From a virus (lineage: Duplodnaviria > Caudoviricetes): DNA of 64,000 nucleotides. The notes under the pieces are model-generated. The model worked only from the letters and a program-made list of their open reading frames with translations. It was not told the DNA's origin and did not search any database. Positions 46,077 through 56,403 of the stretch are shown here, piece by piece. Position 1 is the stretch's first letter; each line of letters begins with the position of its first letter. Both the position numbers and the translations under genes were made by a program. The DNA is taken from the IMG/VR virus record IMGVR_UViG_3300044723_011313, positions 2,942-66,941 of that record; one strand, given 5' to 3'.

Positions 46077-49000
46077 TAACGAAGACTAAACTACAAGATA
46101 CACTTGGTGTCGGATTGCCAAATGTTTACTTCAATACGATTACTTTGAGTAATGGTGGTGATGTACGAAGAGCAATACAAGACCCTCACATTGATCACCC
46201 AAATGAAACAAGTGTAGCGAATCTAAATGAAATTTCAGATACTATCAAAAACAAAAGCCTGAATATCAATATCAATATTGTCTTGAAAGAGGCAATGACT
46301 GAAAATGCTACATTAAATTTTCTTACAAATAAAAATATCCTTGAATACATCAATGTAGCAGTTGTGCAATGCACTAGTAGAACTCTCCATGATGCTATAC
46401 TAAAAAACCCAAGTGAGTGGCTAAAAGATAGCACTCAAATGGAACAATATAGTGGATTGAAAAAGAATGTTATTTCTATAAGTGAATTTATACTCAGCAA
46501 GACTCAATCCAGTACGACAGGTGAAACAAAAGCCGGAATTACTGAGACGAATGCAGCAGCAGCAATTAATCAACTTCCGTATGCCAAAAATCAAGATTCG
46601 CAAGGAAATATTGTTTTTGATATAGGCTTGTCGACAGACTTTATAATTGGTCCTTCTGAAGGTGGTGCCAATGTAAACTTTTTATCTTATTTTTCGTATG
46701 CTTATTTCGATCTAAATCAATTCTTGACTGATAGTGAGGTCATGGATCAATATAATGTGTCGCAAGACTTTTTAGATGTGTTATCTATAGGAGAAGCTTC
46801 TTCTGAGTTGGTAATAGCTGGCGGCAATACAAATACCACATCCTTCGTTTTTCTAGATGATCAAAACAACTATTGGCTTGGACCAATACATCAAATGGAA
46901 GATGGTTCTTGGATGAAAGGCACAGAACATCCTGTGAATCCTGTTGAATCAGATTACTTGACAAAAGTTGAATTACCAAATTCAAAAATCGTTGATAATA
47001 GAGAAGTTATTAATGTCGAGCAGATAAACTTAGATTACCTGAAGTTTTCAGATTATTTTACTAATGATGAGGCTTTGCTAGCTCTGACCAAGAGCCTAAA
47101 GACTGATGGTATTTACAAAAAGAAGCCACAATTAGTTTCAGATTTATATCTAACAAGAGACAAATTCAATAATGCCAGATTTATGTTTAGTTTGAATGTT
47201 CATGAGTCAATCAAGAACAGTACAATCTTTCCGGGTCTGCTTGATGCAATCAAGAAAGTAGACAAGTTAGAGTATAATAAGATTATAAATAATTCTTCTA
47301 TAACAGAATTCAAACTCTACAGGCAACGAGTTCGCTCACAAGAAGTAATTCAAAGTGATATCAACAGAACAAGCTTTTCTTCTTTAGATGCTAAAAAGTT
47401 GATTGTGAATAGTAGTGACAGTAATGGATACTTGAAAACTGTAACCTCTAAGACAAAAATCAAAAAATCAAAAAAAGATAATGTTTTCAAAATTGGATCT
47501 ATCAAAGAATCGGTTTTCAAAATAAAAAACAATATCGGTATTAGAAGCTTTACTGGCACAGATTTTGACATAGCAAAACAGTTAGACGGCATGTATGAGT
47601 ATAGTCTCGAAGTCAGTATGTCAGATCCAGTCGTCCCTTATCTTATAAGCAAGTTATCGAATCTATCAGAGACATTGAACGGAAGTGTTACAAAATTCGC
47701 TGGGAAGAAATTTGGTCTGAAAGAATATTATCACGATGCAATATCAAGCCCTGCATACTATGACACATACACAAATCGTTTTACACTAGATTTCTTAGAG
47801 TTCTATGGAAACAAATACGGAGATGACGGAACGACATCGAATTTCTTGTCAAATGCAATTGGCACATATACTGAAATTTTGATTCTGATGGGCTTTGGCT
47901 CTAAAGAATCTGTATTTGATTCTTTCAAGTTGTTTGAATATTTGTATAAGCTATCTAGCCCAAATACAGGAAGTCCTGACGGAGTTGGGTTATTGATAAA
48001 GTTGATTGAAGATTTTATCGAAAAGCTAGACACTTTATTGAAGTCAGCTACGGCATATGCAAAAAAGCCACAACAAGGAACATCTAACTCTTTGGGAAAT
48101 ACACCCAATATTTTAGGTGGCAAAGCACAAAAAACTTTCAAGCTTGAGCACGATTTCAAGACTTTGTACGATGCATCCATTCCAGCATCATTTGGGCTTG
48201 ATTACTTGTCTATGTCTGAAGATGAACCACTGAACAACCTAGAAGGATTGTTGGGAGTAACTTCTGGTCACATTCAACAAAGAACCGAAAAAGAAGTACA
48301 AAAATACTTTACAGGTCAAGCAGTAGACATATCTATTCAAGATAGCAACCTAAATGGCTCTAACACATTGAACCCCGGCGATTCTATAGAGAACAAGCGA
48401 TATACTTTTTTATCCCCATCTTTGGTAAAGATTCCAACAAGAACAACGACTTCTATTTTGTCAAACGGTTCATTATCGCAGGACTATAAAGAACTAAATG
48501 ATTTGGCTTTGGATATTGCAAGGTACAACGAAGATACTTCAAAAATTGGAACACTTCTGTCAGGAGATGAGAAAAAGTCCGGTGCCATATCTATCGAAGA
48601 CCAAAAAAGAAGATTTGATCTTGTGAGTTATTTTGCTGAAAAAGGAACGACATTTTCTACATTCAAGCCCCTTGGTACTACAACTAATGCAACATCAACC
48701 CCTTCAGATTCTAATGCTGCAACGGCCGTTGGAAATACTTTGTTAGATATTGGGTCAAATATATTTTTGAATACTGAAAACTCACAAACAACTTTCGGCT
48801 TCAATGATGTTGAGATTTTAGATTCATCTACAAATCCTAACACCTTACTTCAAACCCTGTTTCAAATAAATGACACTAGGTTTTTCTCCAAGTATAATCA
48901 GCAGATATTTTACGATGTTTCTATTTCTGGAGCAGGTAAAACATTCAAAGATGAATTGTTGGCATATGCTTTGATTTCAGGTATTGCAGGAGCATTCGGA

Positions 49001-49921
49001 GAGGAAACAGAAGAGCAGGCACCTCTAACAAGAGGACCAAATCAACTAAAAGCTCTGATGTTATCTTTTGTCAAGTCACAATCTGTAAAATACCCTACAA
49101 TATTCGAGGCAGGAATTCAGAAAGATCCACTAAAAAATCCTCAAAACTTTGGGTTTATTTATTTCAATTACAAAAATCTAACAAGGATTGAAGTATTGAG
49201 ATCTTTCAATATGGTCGATGAAAGCCTCTTTCTCGGAGAGCCAGTCTGGACAGACTTGCAACCAGAAGACTTGACAGGAATTACTAATGTTCCTTTGTTG
49301 TGTCGCCACAAAAGACACACCAATTTGCAACATGGCTTTGATACAATACCAAAGTTGCAAATGCCTTCATATGATGAGTATTTTTTCCTTACTCCGGAAT
49401 CAAATTTGGAAGACATAGCAAATCAAGCTGAGTTGATTCCAAGCACTCCGGGAGTACCTTCCAGTGTAAGAGGGGTCAACAACAGGTTATCAAATCCGCA
49501 AAGAGGAACATTTGGCATACCTTCTGGACCAAGAAATGGTGCTTTGTCTGATTTCAAATTGAAAAAAGATAAATATATGGAACAAAGAGTGCTAAACTTT
49601 GAGCCTCCAACAAGAGGCGGAGAAAGAGGACCGGTTAGAAATGAATATACAAAATCAACATTTGTAACCAATAAAAAAGGTATAGATCAATTTGGAATCA
49701 ACATTGATCCACAAGAGATTGCAAAAGAGACTAATCGAGTTGTAAGCATGCCAAGAGCCGAACAATCTAAAGCAATGAGGGATCTAGGAATATCAGAGCA
49801 GCAAATTCAAGGAAAGCAGTTGGCAACAACAAAGACACCTGCAAATCCAACAACATCGCAAGATTTTGACCTAAAGAATGATATTGCTGGAAAAAACAAA
49901 GGAACTACTTATAATAGGTAG
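46073..49921 (+). CDS. 1282-aa probable virion protein with disordered C-terminal tail
   Basis: Uninterrupted ORF in the structural operon; ATGA overlap; P/G/R-rich C-terminus. Confidence 0.55.
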   Translation: MITKTKLQDTLGVGLPNVYFNTITLSNGGDVRRAIQDPHIDHPNETSVANLNEISDTIKNKSLNININIVLKEAMTENATLNFLTNKNILEYINVAVVQCTSRTLHDAILKNPSEWLKDSTQMEQYSGLKKNVISISEFILSKTQSSTTGETKAGITETNAAAAINQLPYAKNQDSQGNIVFDIGLSTDFIIGPSEGGANVNFLSYFSYAYFDLNQFLTDSEVMDQYNVSQDFLDVLSIGEASSELVIAGGNTNTTSFVFLDDQNNYWLGPIHQMEDGSWMKGTEHPVNPVESDYLTKVELPNSKIVDNREVINVEQINLDYLKFSDYFTNDEALLALTKSLKTDGIYKKKPQLVSDLYLTRDKFNNARFMFSLNVHESIKNSTIFPGLLDAIKKVDKLEYNKIINNSSITEFKLYRQRVRSQEVIQSDINRTSFSSLDAKKLIVNSSDSNGYLKTVTSKTKIKKSKKDNVFKIGSIKESVFKIKNNIGIRSFTGTDFDIAKQLDGMYEYSLEVSMSDPVVPYLISKLSNLSETLNGSVTKFAGKKFGLKEYYHDAISSPAYYDTYTNRFTLDFLEFYGNKYGDDGTTSNFLSNAIGTYTEILILMGFGSKESVFDSFKLFEYLYKLSSPNTGSPDGVGLLIKLIEDFIEKLDTLLKSATAYAKKPQQGTSNSLGNTPNILGGKAQKTFKLEHDFKTLYDASIPASFGLDYLSMSEDEPLNNLEGLLGVTSGHIQQRTEKEVQKYFTGQAVDISIQDSNLNGSNTLNPGDSIENKRYTFLSPSLVKIPTRTTTSILSNGSLSQDYKELNDLALDIARYNEDTSKIGTLLSGDEKKSGAISIEDQKRRFDLVSYFAEKGTTFSTFKPLGTTTNATSTPSDSNAATAVGNTLLDIGSNIFLNTENSQTTFGFNDVEILDSSTNPNTLLQTLFQINDTRFFSKYNQQIFYDVSISGAGKTFKDELLAYALISGIAGAFGEETEEQAPLTRGPNQLKALMLSFVKSQSVKYPTIFEAGIQKDPLKNPQNFGFIYFNYKNLTRIEVLRSFNMVDESLFLGEPVWTDLQPEDLTGITNVPLLCRHKRHTNLQHGFDTIPKLQMPSYDEYFFLTPESNLEDIANQAELIPSTPGVPSSVRGVNNRLSNPQRGTFGIPSGPRNGALSDFKLKKDKYMEQRVLNFEPPTRGGERGPVRNEYTKSTFVTNKKGIDQFGINIDPQEIAKETNRVVSMPRAEQSKAMRDLGISEQQIQGKQLATTKTPANPTTSQDFDLKNDIAGKNKGTTYNR
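49903..49912 (+). promoter_or_regulatory. Putative late-promoter motif AACTACTTAT
   Basis: In the last codons of the 1282-aa gene, 19 nt before ATG 49932. Confidence 0.45.
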
Positions 49922-49931
49922 GTGATATAAA

Positions 49932-52900
49932 ATGCCAATTGATTTTGATTTACTAAAATATACAACAGGCAAGGGATCTGACGATCCCCCGCAAGGTGCT
50001 ACAACAGACAAAAAAGCCATTTTATCTGTAAAGCCTGCAAATGGCACAGATCCGTCTATAGTCAAAACAAGTAAAGCAATAACGGACACTGTTACACAAA
50101 ATCAAGAAAAACTTACTAACGAACATTCCTTGATAACTAATGGCGGAATATTCTTCCCAGCAAATACCCCTGAGCTTTTTGAATATACACCCTTTTCTCA
50201 AGATCCATTTAGGCAAAGCATGGGATCGATGTTCGTTCAATATGATGTTGGGCAACTGGATGTAGTAAGAAATGCACCAATTGAAGCAAACTACAAATGG
50301 TCAGATTCAACTGCGGATAGTCCAAAGTCTTTTATTGAAGAAAATAAAAAATATTTGACACCAAAGAATTATTACAATGCAAACATTGTAAAGTTTTCTG
50401 TGTCAGGCAGAACAAGAATCAACAAAGAGACTGTTCCTATATTCAATTTTGCAGATATTTTTCATGTCAAATTATATTACGGTCAGCAAGAAGGTAGTCT
50501 AAAAGACAGTATTGGAGGAGACAACAATCCGTCTTTTAATAGATTGAAGCTAGATTTGCTTTCATTGTTTTTTACTGTCGATCAAAAAATGGAAGGCTAC
50601 ACATATAATGCTGGAAGTGCAGAGCAAAGTCTAGACATACAATTCTTATCCAAAGCTTCTGGGTTCGGATTCGATTCAGTAATGTCCGATGAAAACAATC
50701 AAATTGTTAGTTCGATTATAGGATCTTATTCAAGTCTGCCTGATGTAGTCAAATCCATTGCAGCAGAGGTTCTCAAAAATATTGAAGATACTGTATACTA
50801 CGATCACACTTTTAGAGCAGATGCAGCTATATCAGAAGAAACGGTGCCTTTGTTTGGCGAAGAACTTGGGCAGAATACTCTAATTGCAGACATCAAGCCG
50901 GTGTATAACTTCTTTTCAAGAAAATATGAAGATGCACAAATACCAGAAACAGCGGCAGCAAACATATATATAAATCCAAATATCCCAGCACAGGGAAAAA
51001 TATTAGTTCCCGGTGGTGCTGTTGGAAAGCCTACAGTTTTTGTTGATACAACGAATTTTGAAAAATATGGATCAGCAGTAATACAAAACTGTGTGGATAA
51101 AGACATTTTGCAAAGTCAACAGTTCTCTAGAAAGAACAGTATCATTGTTTTCGATTCAGAATCCAAGCTACTAAATAACCGTGCAGAGGATGCAAAAGAG
51201 CAATTCCCTTTCTATAACACAATTGAGTTCAAGCCAGATAGCAATAGGGCTGTGTCAACCATGATGCGGCAGCATGGAATTTTGGATGACTTTATAAAGT
51301 CCTTGATTACCAAGTATTATGGGTCGACATTTAGTCTAAAATATGGAACTGAGGAATCAGTAGAAACAATTGGAAAACAAATTGGTTTTGCATTAGCGGG
51401 TGTGTTGATTCCAAATCAGCCTTTTAGTGTAGTATCAAAAATAAAAGATCCAGCATCATTTGATTTTTTTGACAAAAAAGATGAAACATATGTTCGAAAT
51501 CCTTCTTTTTTTCAATATGATTTTACAAAATGGCTAGAATATTACATCTATGAATTGAAAACACCAAACTTAGATGATCTGCCATTCACACTTTTTGATG
51601 ATAGTTTTGTAAACGGTTTGACGAGATTCTTTGTCGGTGAAAAATCAGATCTAAGTCAAGCAGCAGAGGTCAATACCAAATTTGACAAAATGATAAATTT
51701 GCTGATGTTCTTGCCTAAATATAAGAAATTTGTTGAACAACAGTCTAGAACCTTTGCAGACCTTCTTGGTGCTGGCAAGTGTTACTCTGAGACTCTTTTT
51801 TACAGAGTTGAGAAAACAGATCAAGAAGGAAATGTTGTGCAGCAAATTTTCATAACCAAGCCTGAAGAAGCCGATATTGTAAAGTATATTGACACACAAG
51901 TTCAATATGGTAAGAAGTATGAATACAATATTGTTTCATATCAGCTTGTTATAGGAAGCAAGTATCAGTATAAGTTTGCGAATGATAAGCCAAGCTTGTT
52001 TGATCCAACTGATGTAGACTTGTTGGCTTCATCTGATCCAAGTGGACCATATTATGTGCAAGATGGAGCTACGATATACACCGACGAAGAAGATATGCAG
52101 TTCTCTGTTTATTCAAAGTTTCAAACTATTGGAGGATCCAAAAAATCTGTTGATGATAAGCTGTCGATTTTTGGTGTATCAATGCAACCAGATGTGCGAA
52201 TTATTGAAGTTCCATACCATAAAGAGTCAGATGTGGTTGTATTAGATTCTCCACCACTGACACCAATTGTCAATTTCTACCCGATACACGAAAAGAAAAA
52301 CGATATTCTTATTTCTTTTGAAACTCAAACTGGAGATATTGAACAAAAGCCTGTATCTATTCTTGATGAAGATGACAAATTTTTTGAATTAGAAAGAATA
52401 CAACAAAAAAGAACTTTACAATATACGGAACAGGGCGATGGAGCAGGTGCATATTCTGGTAAAAAAGTCTATGTTTATCCGAACTTGAGGTTCAAGTCGG
52501 ATGACTTTTCATCCGAGTATCAAGTGTTCCGAATAGCAAATAAAAAACCAACAAGTTACAAAGATTTCAAAGGAAACTTGTATCAGATTTTGAATGTAAA
52601 TGAAAGAACTGCATTTGTAGATAAAATTCAAACAAATACAAAATACTATTATACATTTAGATCAAGAGATTTGCATGGGAACATTTCTAACCCATCACCA
52701 GTATATGAGTTTGAGATGGTTGATAATTCTGGCACTGTATATCCAGTGATTTCTGTTGTTGATATGGAAACCGGCAAAGAAAGCACATATGATATGACAA
52801 AATCTATGAATAGATATTTGCAAATAGATGCTTCAGCAATTCAATCATATCTAAATGAAGAAAAGTCTGGTTTGAATGGTGCCACTGCGATCAACGAAAC

Positions 52901-53063
52901 AATAGATCCTGTTTTAGGCTTATCTGAAGTGTCATTGTGGAATCAAAAAAGATTCAAGATACGATTGAGGTCGAGAAGCACTGGAAAAGCGATTGACTTG
53001 AATGTCGGATTCAAAACACGACACGATAAACAATCAATACAAAACACTGAAATATGTGACTAA
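49932..53063 (+). CDS. 1043-aa probable virion protein with FN3-like C-terminal modules
   Basis: YIDTQVQYGKKYEYNIVSY and VDKIQTNTKYYYTFRSRDLHGNISNPS resemble FN3 E-F-G strands. Confidence 0.5.
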   Translation: MPIDFDLLKYTTGKGSDDPPQGATTDKKAILSVKPANGTDPSIVKTSKAITDTVTQNQEKLTNEHSLITNGGIFFPANTPELFEYTPFSQDPFRQSMGSMFVQYDVGQLDVVRNAPIEANYKWSDSTADSPKSFIEENKKYLTPKNYYNANIVKFSVSGRTRINKETVPIFNFADIFHVKLYYGQQEGSLKDSIGGDNNPSFNRLKLDLLSLFFTVDQKMEGYTYNAGSAEQSLDIQFLSKASGFGFDSVMSDENNQIVSSIIGSYSSLPDVVKSIAAEVLKNIEDTVYYDHTFRADAAISEETVPLFGEELGQNTLIADIKPVYNFFSRKYEDAQIPETAAANIYINPNIPAQGKILVPGGAVGKPTVFVDTTNFEKYGSAVIQNCVDKDILQSQQFSRKNSIIVFDSESKLLNNRAEDAKEQFPFYNTIEFKPDSNRAVSTMMRQHGILDDFIKSLITKYYGSTFSLKYGTEESVETIGKQIGFALAGVLIPNQPFSVVSKIKDPASFDFFDKKDETYVRNPSFFQYDFTKWLEYYIYELKTPNLDDLPFTLFDDSFVNGLTRFFVGEKSDLSQAAEVNTKFDKMINLLMFLPKYKKFVEQQSRTFADLLGAGKCYSETLFYRVEKTDQEGNVVQQIFITKPEEADIVKYIDTQVQYGKKYEYNIVSYQLVIGSKYQYKFANDKPSLFDPTDVDLLASSDPSGPYYVQDGATIYTDEEDMQFSVYSKFQTIGGSKKSVDDKLSIFGVSMQPDVRIIEVPYHKESDVVVLDSPPLTPIVNFYPIHEKKNDILISFETQTGDIEQKPVSILDEDDKFFELERIQQKRTLQYTEQGDGAGAYSGKKVYVYPNLRFKSDDFSSEYQVFRIANKKPTSYKDFKGNLYQILNVNERTAFVDKIQTNTKYYYTFRSRDLHGNISNPSPVYEFEMVDNSGTVYPVISVVDMETGKESTYDMTKSMNRYLQIDASAIQSYLNEEKSGLNGATAINETIDPVLGLSEVSLWNQKRFKIRLRSRSTGKAIDLNVGFKTRHDKQSIQNTEICD

Positions 53064-53075
53064 ATTTAAAAAAAA

Positions 53076-53085
53076 TACTATTTAT
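53076..53085 (+). promoter_or_regulatory. Putative late-promoter motif TACTATTTAT
   Basis: Intergenic, upstream of the GAGGAG SD and ATG 53137; a TATAAT lies at 53088-53093. Confidence 0.55.
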
Positions 53086-53136
53086 CGTATAATGTTACTC
53101 ACATAGAGAATATATACATTATTGAGGAGTTTTAAA

Positions 53137-54054
53137 ATGGCTTTTTTGGACAATAGCGGAGATATTATTTTAGATGCCGTTCTCACCGATGCAGGTAGGG
53201 CGAGATTGGCGGCAGGAGACGGATCATTCAAGATCGTAAAGTATGCTTTCGCAGATGATGAAATTGATTACTCAAAGTATGATAAAAACAATGCTAGTGG
53301 TTCTGCTTACTATGATCTCAATATTTTGACAACTCCTGTTTTAGAAGCCTTCACAAACAATACTTCTCTAATGAAAAGCAAGCTCATCTCTATTCCAAGA
53401 ACAAACTTGTTGTATCTTCCTATTTTGGCGGTCAACGAGGTCGCAGATGTGGGGGCAAAGTTGAATGCTGGATCAGGACAAGCTAGTGGATCATTCGCTG
53501 TTTCTGTAGACCAAACAACAGACGACACTTTCGCTGCTAATCCAGATAGAGCTACTGGAGTATTCTTTGGAGTAAAGAACGAAACTAAATCGATTCAAAT
53601 CGATCAAGGGTTGGCAACTGATTCAATTTCTAAAGATCAAGAATTGGATGCATCTCTTGTAGAAACTCATTTCATTCTAGAAATGGACAATAGATTGGGA
53701 ACTTTGCAAAGCCCAAATGGAACATCTCAAGGATACTCTTTCTTAGATGATGACAATATCGCAGCATACAATATTTCAAACACTGGCGATAATCAAGGAT
53801 TTTTTGTACCTTTGACTGGGCAAGACAACTCTCCACTTGCTGGACCAAGAGGAGTTGCTTTCAAGTTTAGAATCAGACCTTCATTGGAACTTCAAACAAG
53901 CAACTTCTTGTTTACCAAGCTTGGAACAACAGGTAATAGCTGGACTGGAATTAGTGGCGAAACTTTTTCATATATCGACACTATTGTAAGACTAACAGGT
54001 GCAACTACTGGATATAAATTGAGTATTCCAGTTAGATTTATAAAACAAGAATAA
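53137..54054 (+). CDS. Tail/baseplate structural protein (DUF3751/P2 gpH N-terminus-like first half)
   Basis: AVLTDAGRARLAAG..FKIVKYAFADDE; start moved to ATG 53137 (GAGGAG upstream). Confidence 0.6.
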   Translation: MAFLDNSGDIILDAVLTDAGRARLAAGDGSFKIVKYAFADDEIDYSKYDKNNASGSAYYDLNILTTPVLEAFTNNTSLMKSKLISIPRTNLLYLPILAVNEVADVGAKLNAGSGQASGSFAVSVDQTTDDTFAANPDRATGVFFGVKNETKSIQIDQGLATDSISKDQELDASLVETHFILEMDNRLGTLQSPNGTSQGYSFLDDDNIAAYNISNTGDNQGFFVPLTGQDNSPLAGPRGVAFKFRIRPSLELQTSNFLFTKLGTTGNSWTGISGETFSYIDTIVRLTGATTGYKLSIPVRFIKQE

Positions 54055-54071
54055 CGAGGTAGACTAAAGCT

Positions 54072-55202
54072 ATGGCGACCACTTTTAAAAACTTTCTGAA
54101 TGAAGATGTGACTTCAACCCGAACATTATTGCACGAGTCCATCCCGATTACAGGCTCTATTGTATCGGGAACTTACAACGAAGGCAATTCCACAACTGAG
54201 ACAAATATCAAAAATTACTCACACGGGTTGTTTCAGTCTGTATATGACTACCCATACTTGAGTTCTTCTGCAAATCATATTTTTGATTTGACTATTGGAT
54301 ATTCGAATGAGTCTGGTCTTTCTTCTTCTGCAAATACACAAAATGCAGATAAGATCAATCTTTATAATCAAATGGCTCAAGTTTTGGTTGGACATGATCC
54401 AACTGGAAACATTAGAAGATTTGATGAAGATGGAGACTTGACTGCTGGAACTAAATTAGATGAAGTTGTGTTTGTCAACTTTGCAAGACTTCTCAACAAA
54501 GATGAAGTAAAGAAAGGAAGTTTTACCTTAGAGTTTGGACTTGATGAAGATTATCAAACAGCAAGTTTCGATGCTGGTGAAAACTTTAGAAAAAGAGTCC
54601 AATGCTCAGACCTTAGTGGTACCACTTCTTATTTGGTAAACTCCCCAGCAGGAGAATATGGAATCCTCTATGCAACTTCTAGTACAGGAACCTCCTATCT
54701 TGAAAATGAAGAAGTACCTGTAGGGTTGGTCTTCTATCAAGCTGGTGTGGCTGTTATCTCTGGATCGTTATTTAGACCATCAGATGAAGGCGGTTTGCTT
54801 GATGCTGCAACAATGGATGCTGTTCCATTCGGAGACCCAATTGTAAATGATAATGGTCGTACAGGATTTGATTTCGTTTCTGGTTCTTCCGTTTCGGGAT
54901 CTTGTTCATCTATTAGAAACAGAATTTACAATATTAGCTTCAACAACACAACAGAATTGAACTCAACTATCTACTTCTGTCGTGCATCGCATAACGAGTT
55001 CAACTATAGTTCGAACCCAACTTACTTGTCTTCTAGTCAGATTAGAGTAAAGGACAGTACTTTAGATGAACCAGTATCGTACATCACAACTGTTGGGCTT
55101 TACTCTGCAAACAACGAGCTTTTGGCCGTTGCTAAAGTTTCCGAACCACTCAAGAAAACTCCAGACACAGAGCTTACCTTAAGAGTCAGATTAGATTACT
55201 AA
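54072..55202 (+). CDS. Tail/baseplate structural protein, paralog of 55226-56398
   Basis: EFNYSSNPTY and C-terminal YITTVGLYSANNELLAVAKVSEPLKK. Confidence 0.65.
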   Translation: MATTFKNFLNEDVTSTRTLLHESIPITGSIVSGTYNEGNSTTETNIKNYSHGLFQSVYDYPYLSSSANHIFDLTIGYSNESGLSSSANTQNADKINLYNQMAQVLVGHDPTGNIRRFDEDGDLTAGTKLDEVVFVNFARLLNKDEVKKGSFTLEFGLDEDYQTASFDAGENFRKRVQCSDLSGTTSYLVNSPAGEYGILYATSSTGTSYLENEEVPVGLVFYQAGVAVISGSLFRPSDEGGLLDAATMDAVPFGDPIVNDNGRTGFDFVSGSSVSGSCSSIRNRIYNISFNNTTELNSTIYFCRASHNEFNYSSNPTYLSSSQIRVKDSTLDEPVSYITTVGLYSANNELLAVAKVSEPLKKTPDTELTLRVRLDY

Positions 55203-55225
55203 TGTAGGTCAAGGAGGTAGAAGCT

Positions 55226-56398
55226 GTGGCATATTACCAATTTGGACCAGACGATATAGTTTTCAATATCCTCAAGGCAAATCCTAGAGTTCAATTCTAT
55301 GTCTATCAGAATGCTGTATTCTTCAATAACAGACCTGAAATACTTGGTGATAGATCAAATAGTAACATCAATGGTGTTCCTGCGGGATACATTAGTTTGT
55401 ATGAACTAAATGTTGACCGTACAGCGAATGACTTGATTTATCCGTTCATAACTAAGAATGGAAGTCTCACCACATTCAGCACAATGTCAACCAGAGAATA
55501 CAACTCTGATTTTCAATATGGAGATACTATAACGGGCAGCTATCCTCTGTCTGCAAGTATTAGTAAAGACTATTTTACTCAAGGGCAATCAAGAATAAAA
55601 GTAGATGCATTGCAAAATACTTTGAATTATTACTCTGCCCACTCACCACATTATCAGTTTAGTTCTTCATTGGGAGACAAATCAGACCAAGAGCTTGGAC
55701 TCATAAGCATACCTTCAATTTTTTATGGGAGTAAAATAGAGAAGGGAACAGTGGAATTAAATTTTTATATCTCTGGAACTCTTGCTGCTCAATTGAAAGA
55801 TGTAAACAAGAATGGAGAATTGATTCAGGTTTCTGGAACAGCCAACGATCTTGGATCAGATTATGGATCTGGATCTGTTGCTGGTGTTGTTTTGTACAAT
55901 GAGGGTTTTGTTGTTCTAACCGGTAGTTGGGATTTAGATCCAGATCACACTGAGGCTTACACAGGGGGATCGCCCACTAATCCAAAATGGTCTTACTTCG
56001 CCCGAGGTGCAAATGATGGCACATCAACAAGCATACCTTCATCTAGTTACGGTCTGAAATTTTCAGGATCAACTGAAACTCCGGTGATGACAATGTTTGC
56101 AAATGCTGATCGAGGAATGTTGAACTTCTCAAACAATCCAACTTTCTTGTCGCACTCTCAAAGCACTTCTGGAATCACAAGCTCATATGGATATCAAGAG
56201 CCTACAAATGTTGTGATCAAAAATACTGTAAGTGGAGCTTTTTCTGATTACAATGAATCCTTCAAAAAGCAAACTTTTGTGTCTAAAATCGGCATTTATG
56301 ATGAAGACATGAATCTCATAGCAGTTGCCAAACTTGCTACCCCTGTCAAAAAAACTGAAGAAAGAGACTTGACATTCAAACTAAAACTTGATATATAA
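55226..56398 (+). CDS. Tail/baseplate structural protein, paralog of 54072-55202
   Basis: LNFSNNPTF and C-terminal FVSKIGIYDEDMNLIAVAKLATPVKK. Confidence 0.65.
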   Translation: MAYYQFGPDDIVFNILKANPRVQFYVYQNAVFFNNRPEILGDRSNSNINGVPAGYISLYELNVDRTANDLIYPFITKNGSLTTFSTMSTREYNSDFQYGDTITGSYPLSASISKDYFTQGQSRIKVDALQNTLNYYSAHSPHYQFSSSLGDKSDQELGLISIPSIFYGSKIEKGTVELNFYISGTLAAQLKDVNKNGELIQVSGTANDLGSDYGSGSVAGVVLYNEGFVVLTGSWDLDPDHTEAYTGGSPTNPKWSYFARGANDGTSTSIPSSSYGLKFSGSTETPVMTMFANADRGMLNFSNNPTFLSHSQSTSGITSSYGYQEPTNVVIKNTVSGAFSDYNESFKKQTFVSKIGIYDEDMNLIAVAKLATPVKKTEERDLTFKLKLDI

Positions 56399-56403
56399 TA
56401 TAA

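Noticed and set aside
21088-56398. Bacterial eCIS/T6SS rather than phage tail
   Set aside because: Flanked by phage-type primase, resolvase, Mre11-Rad50, PhoH, sigma factor and tRNAs, with T4-type gp6/gp25 organisation and no host housekeeping genes.
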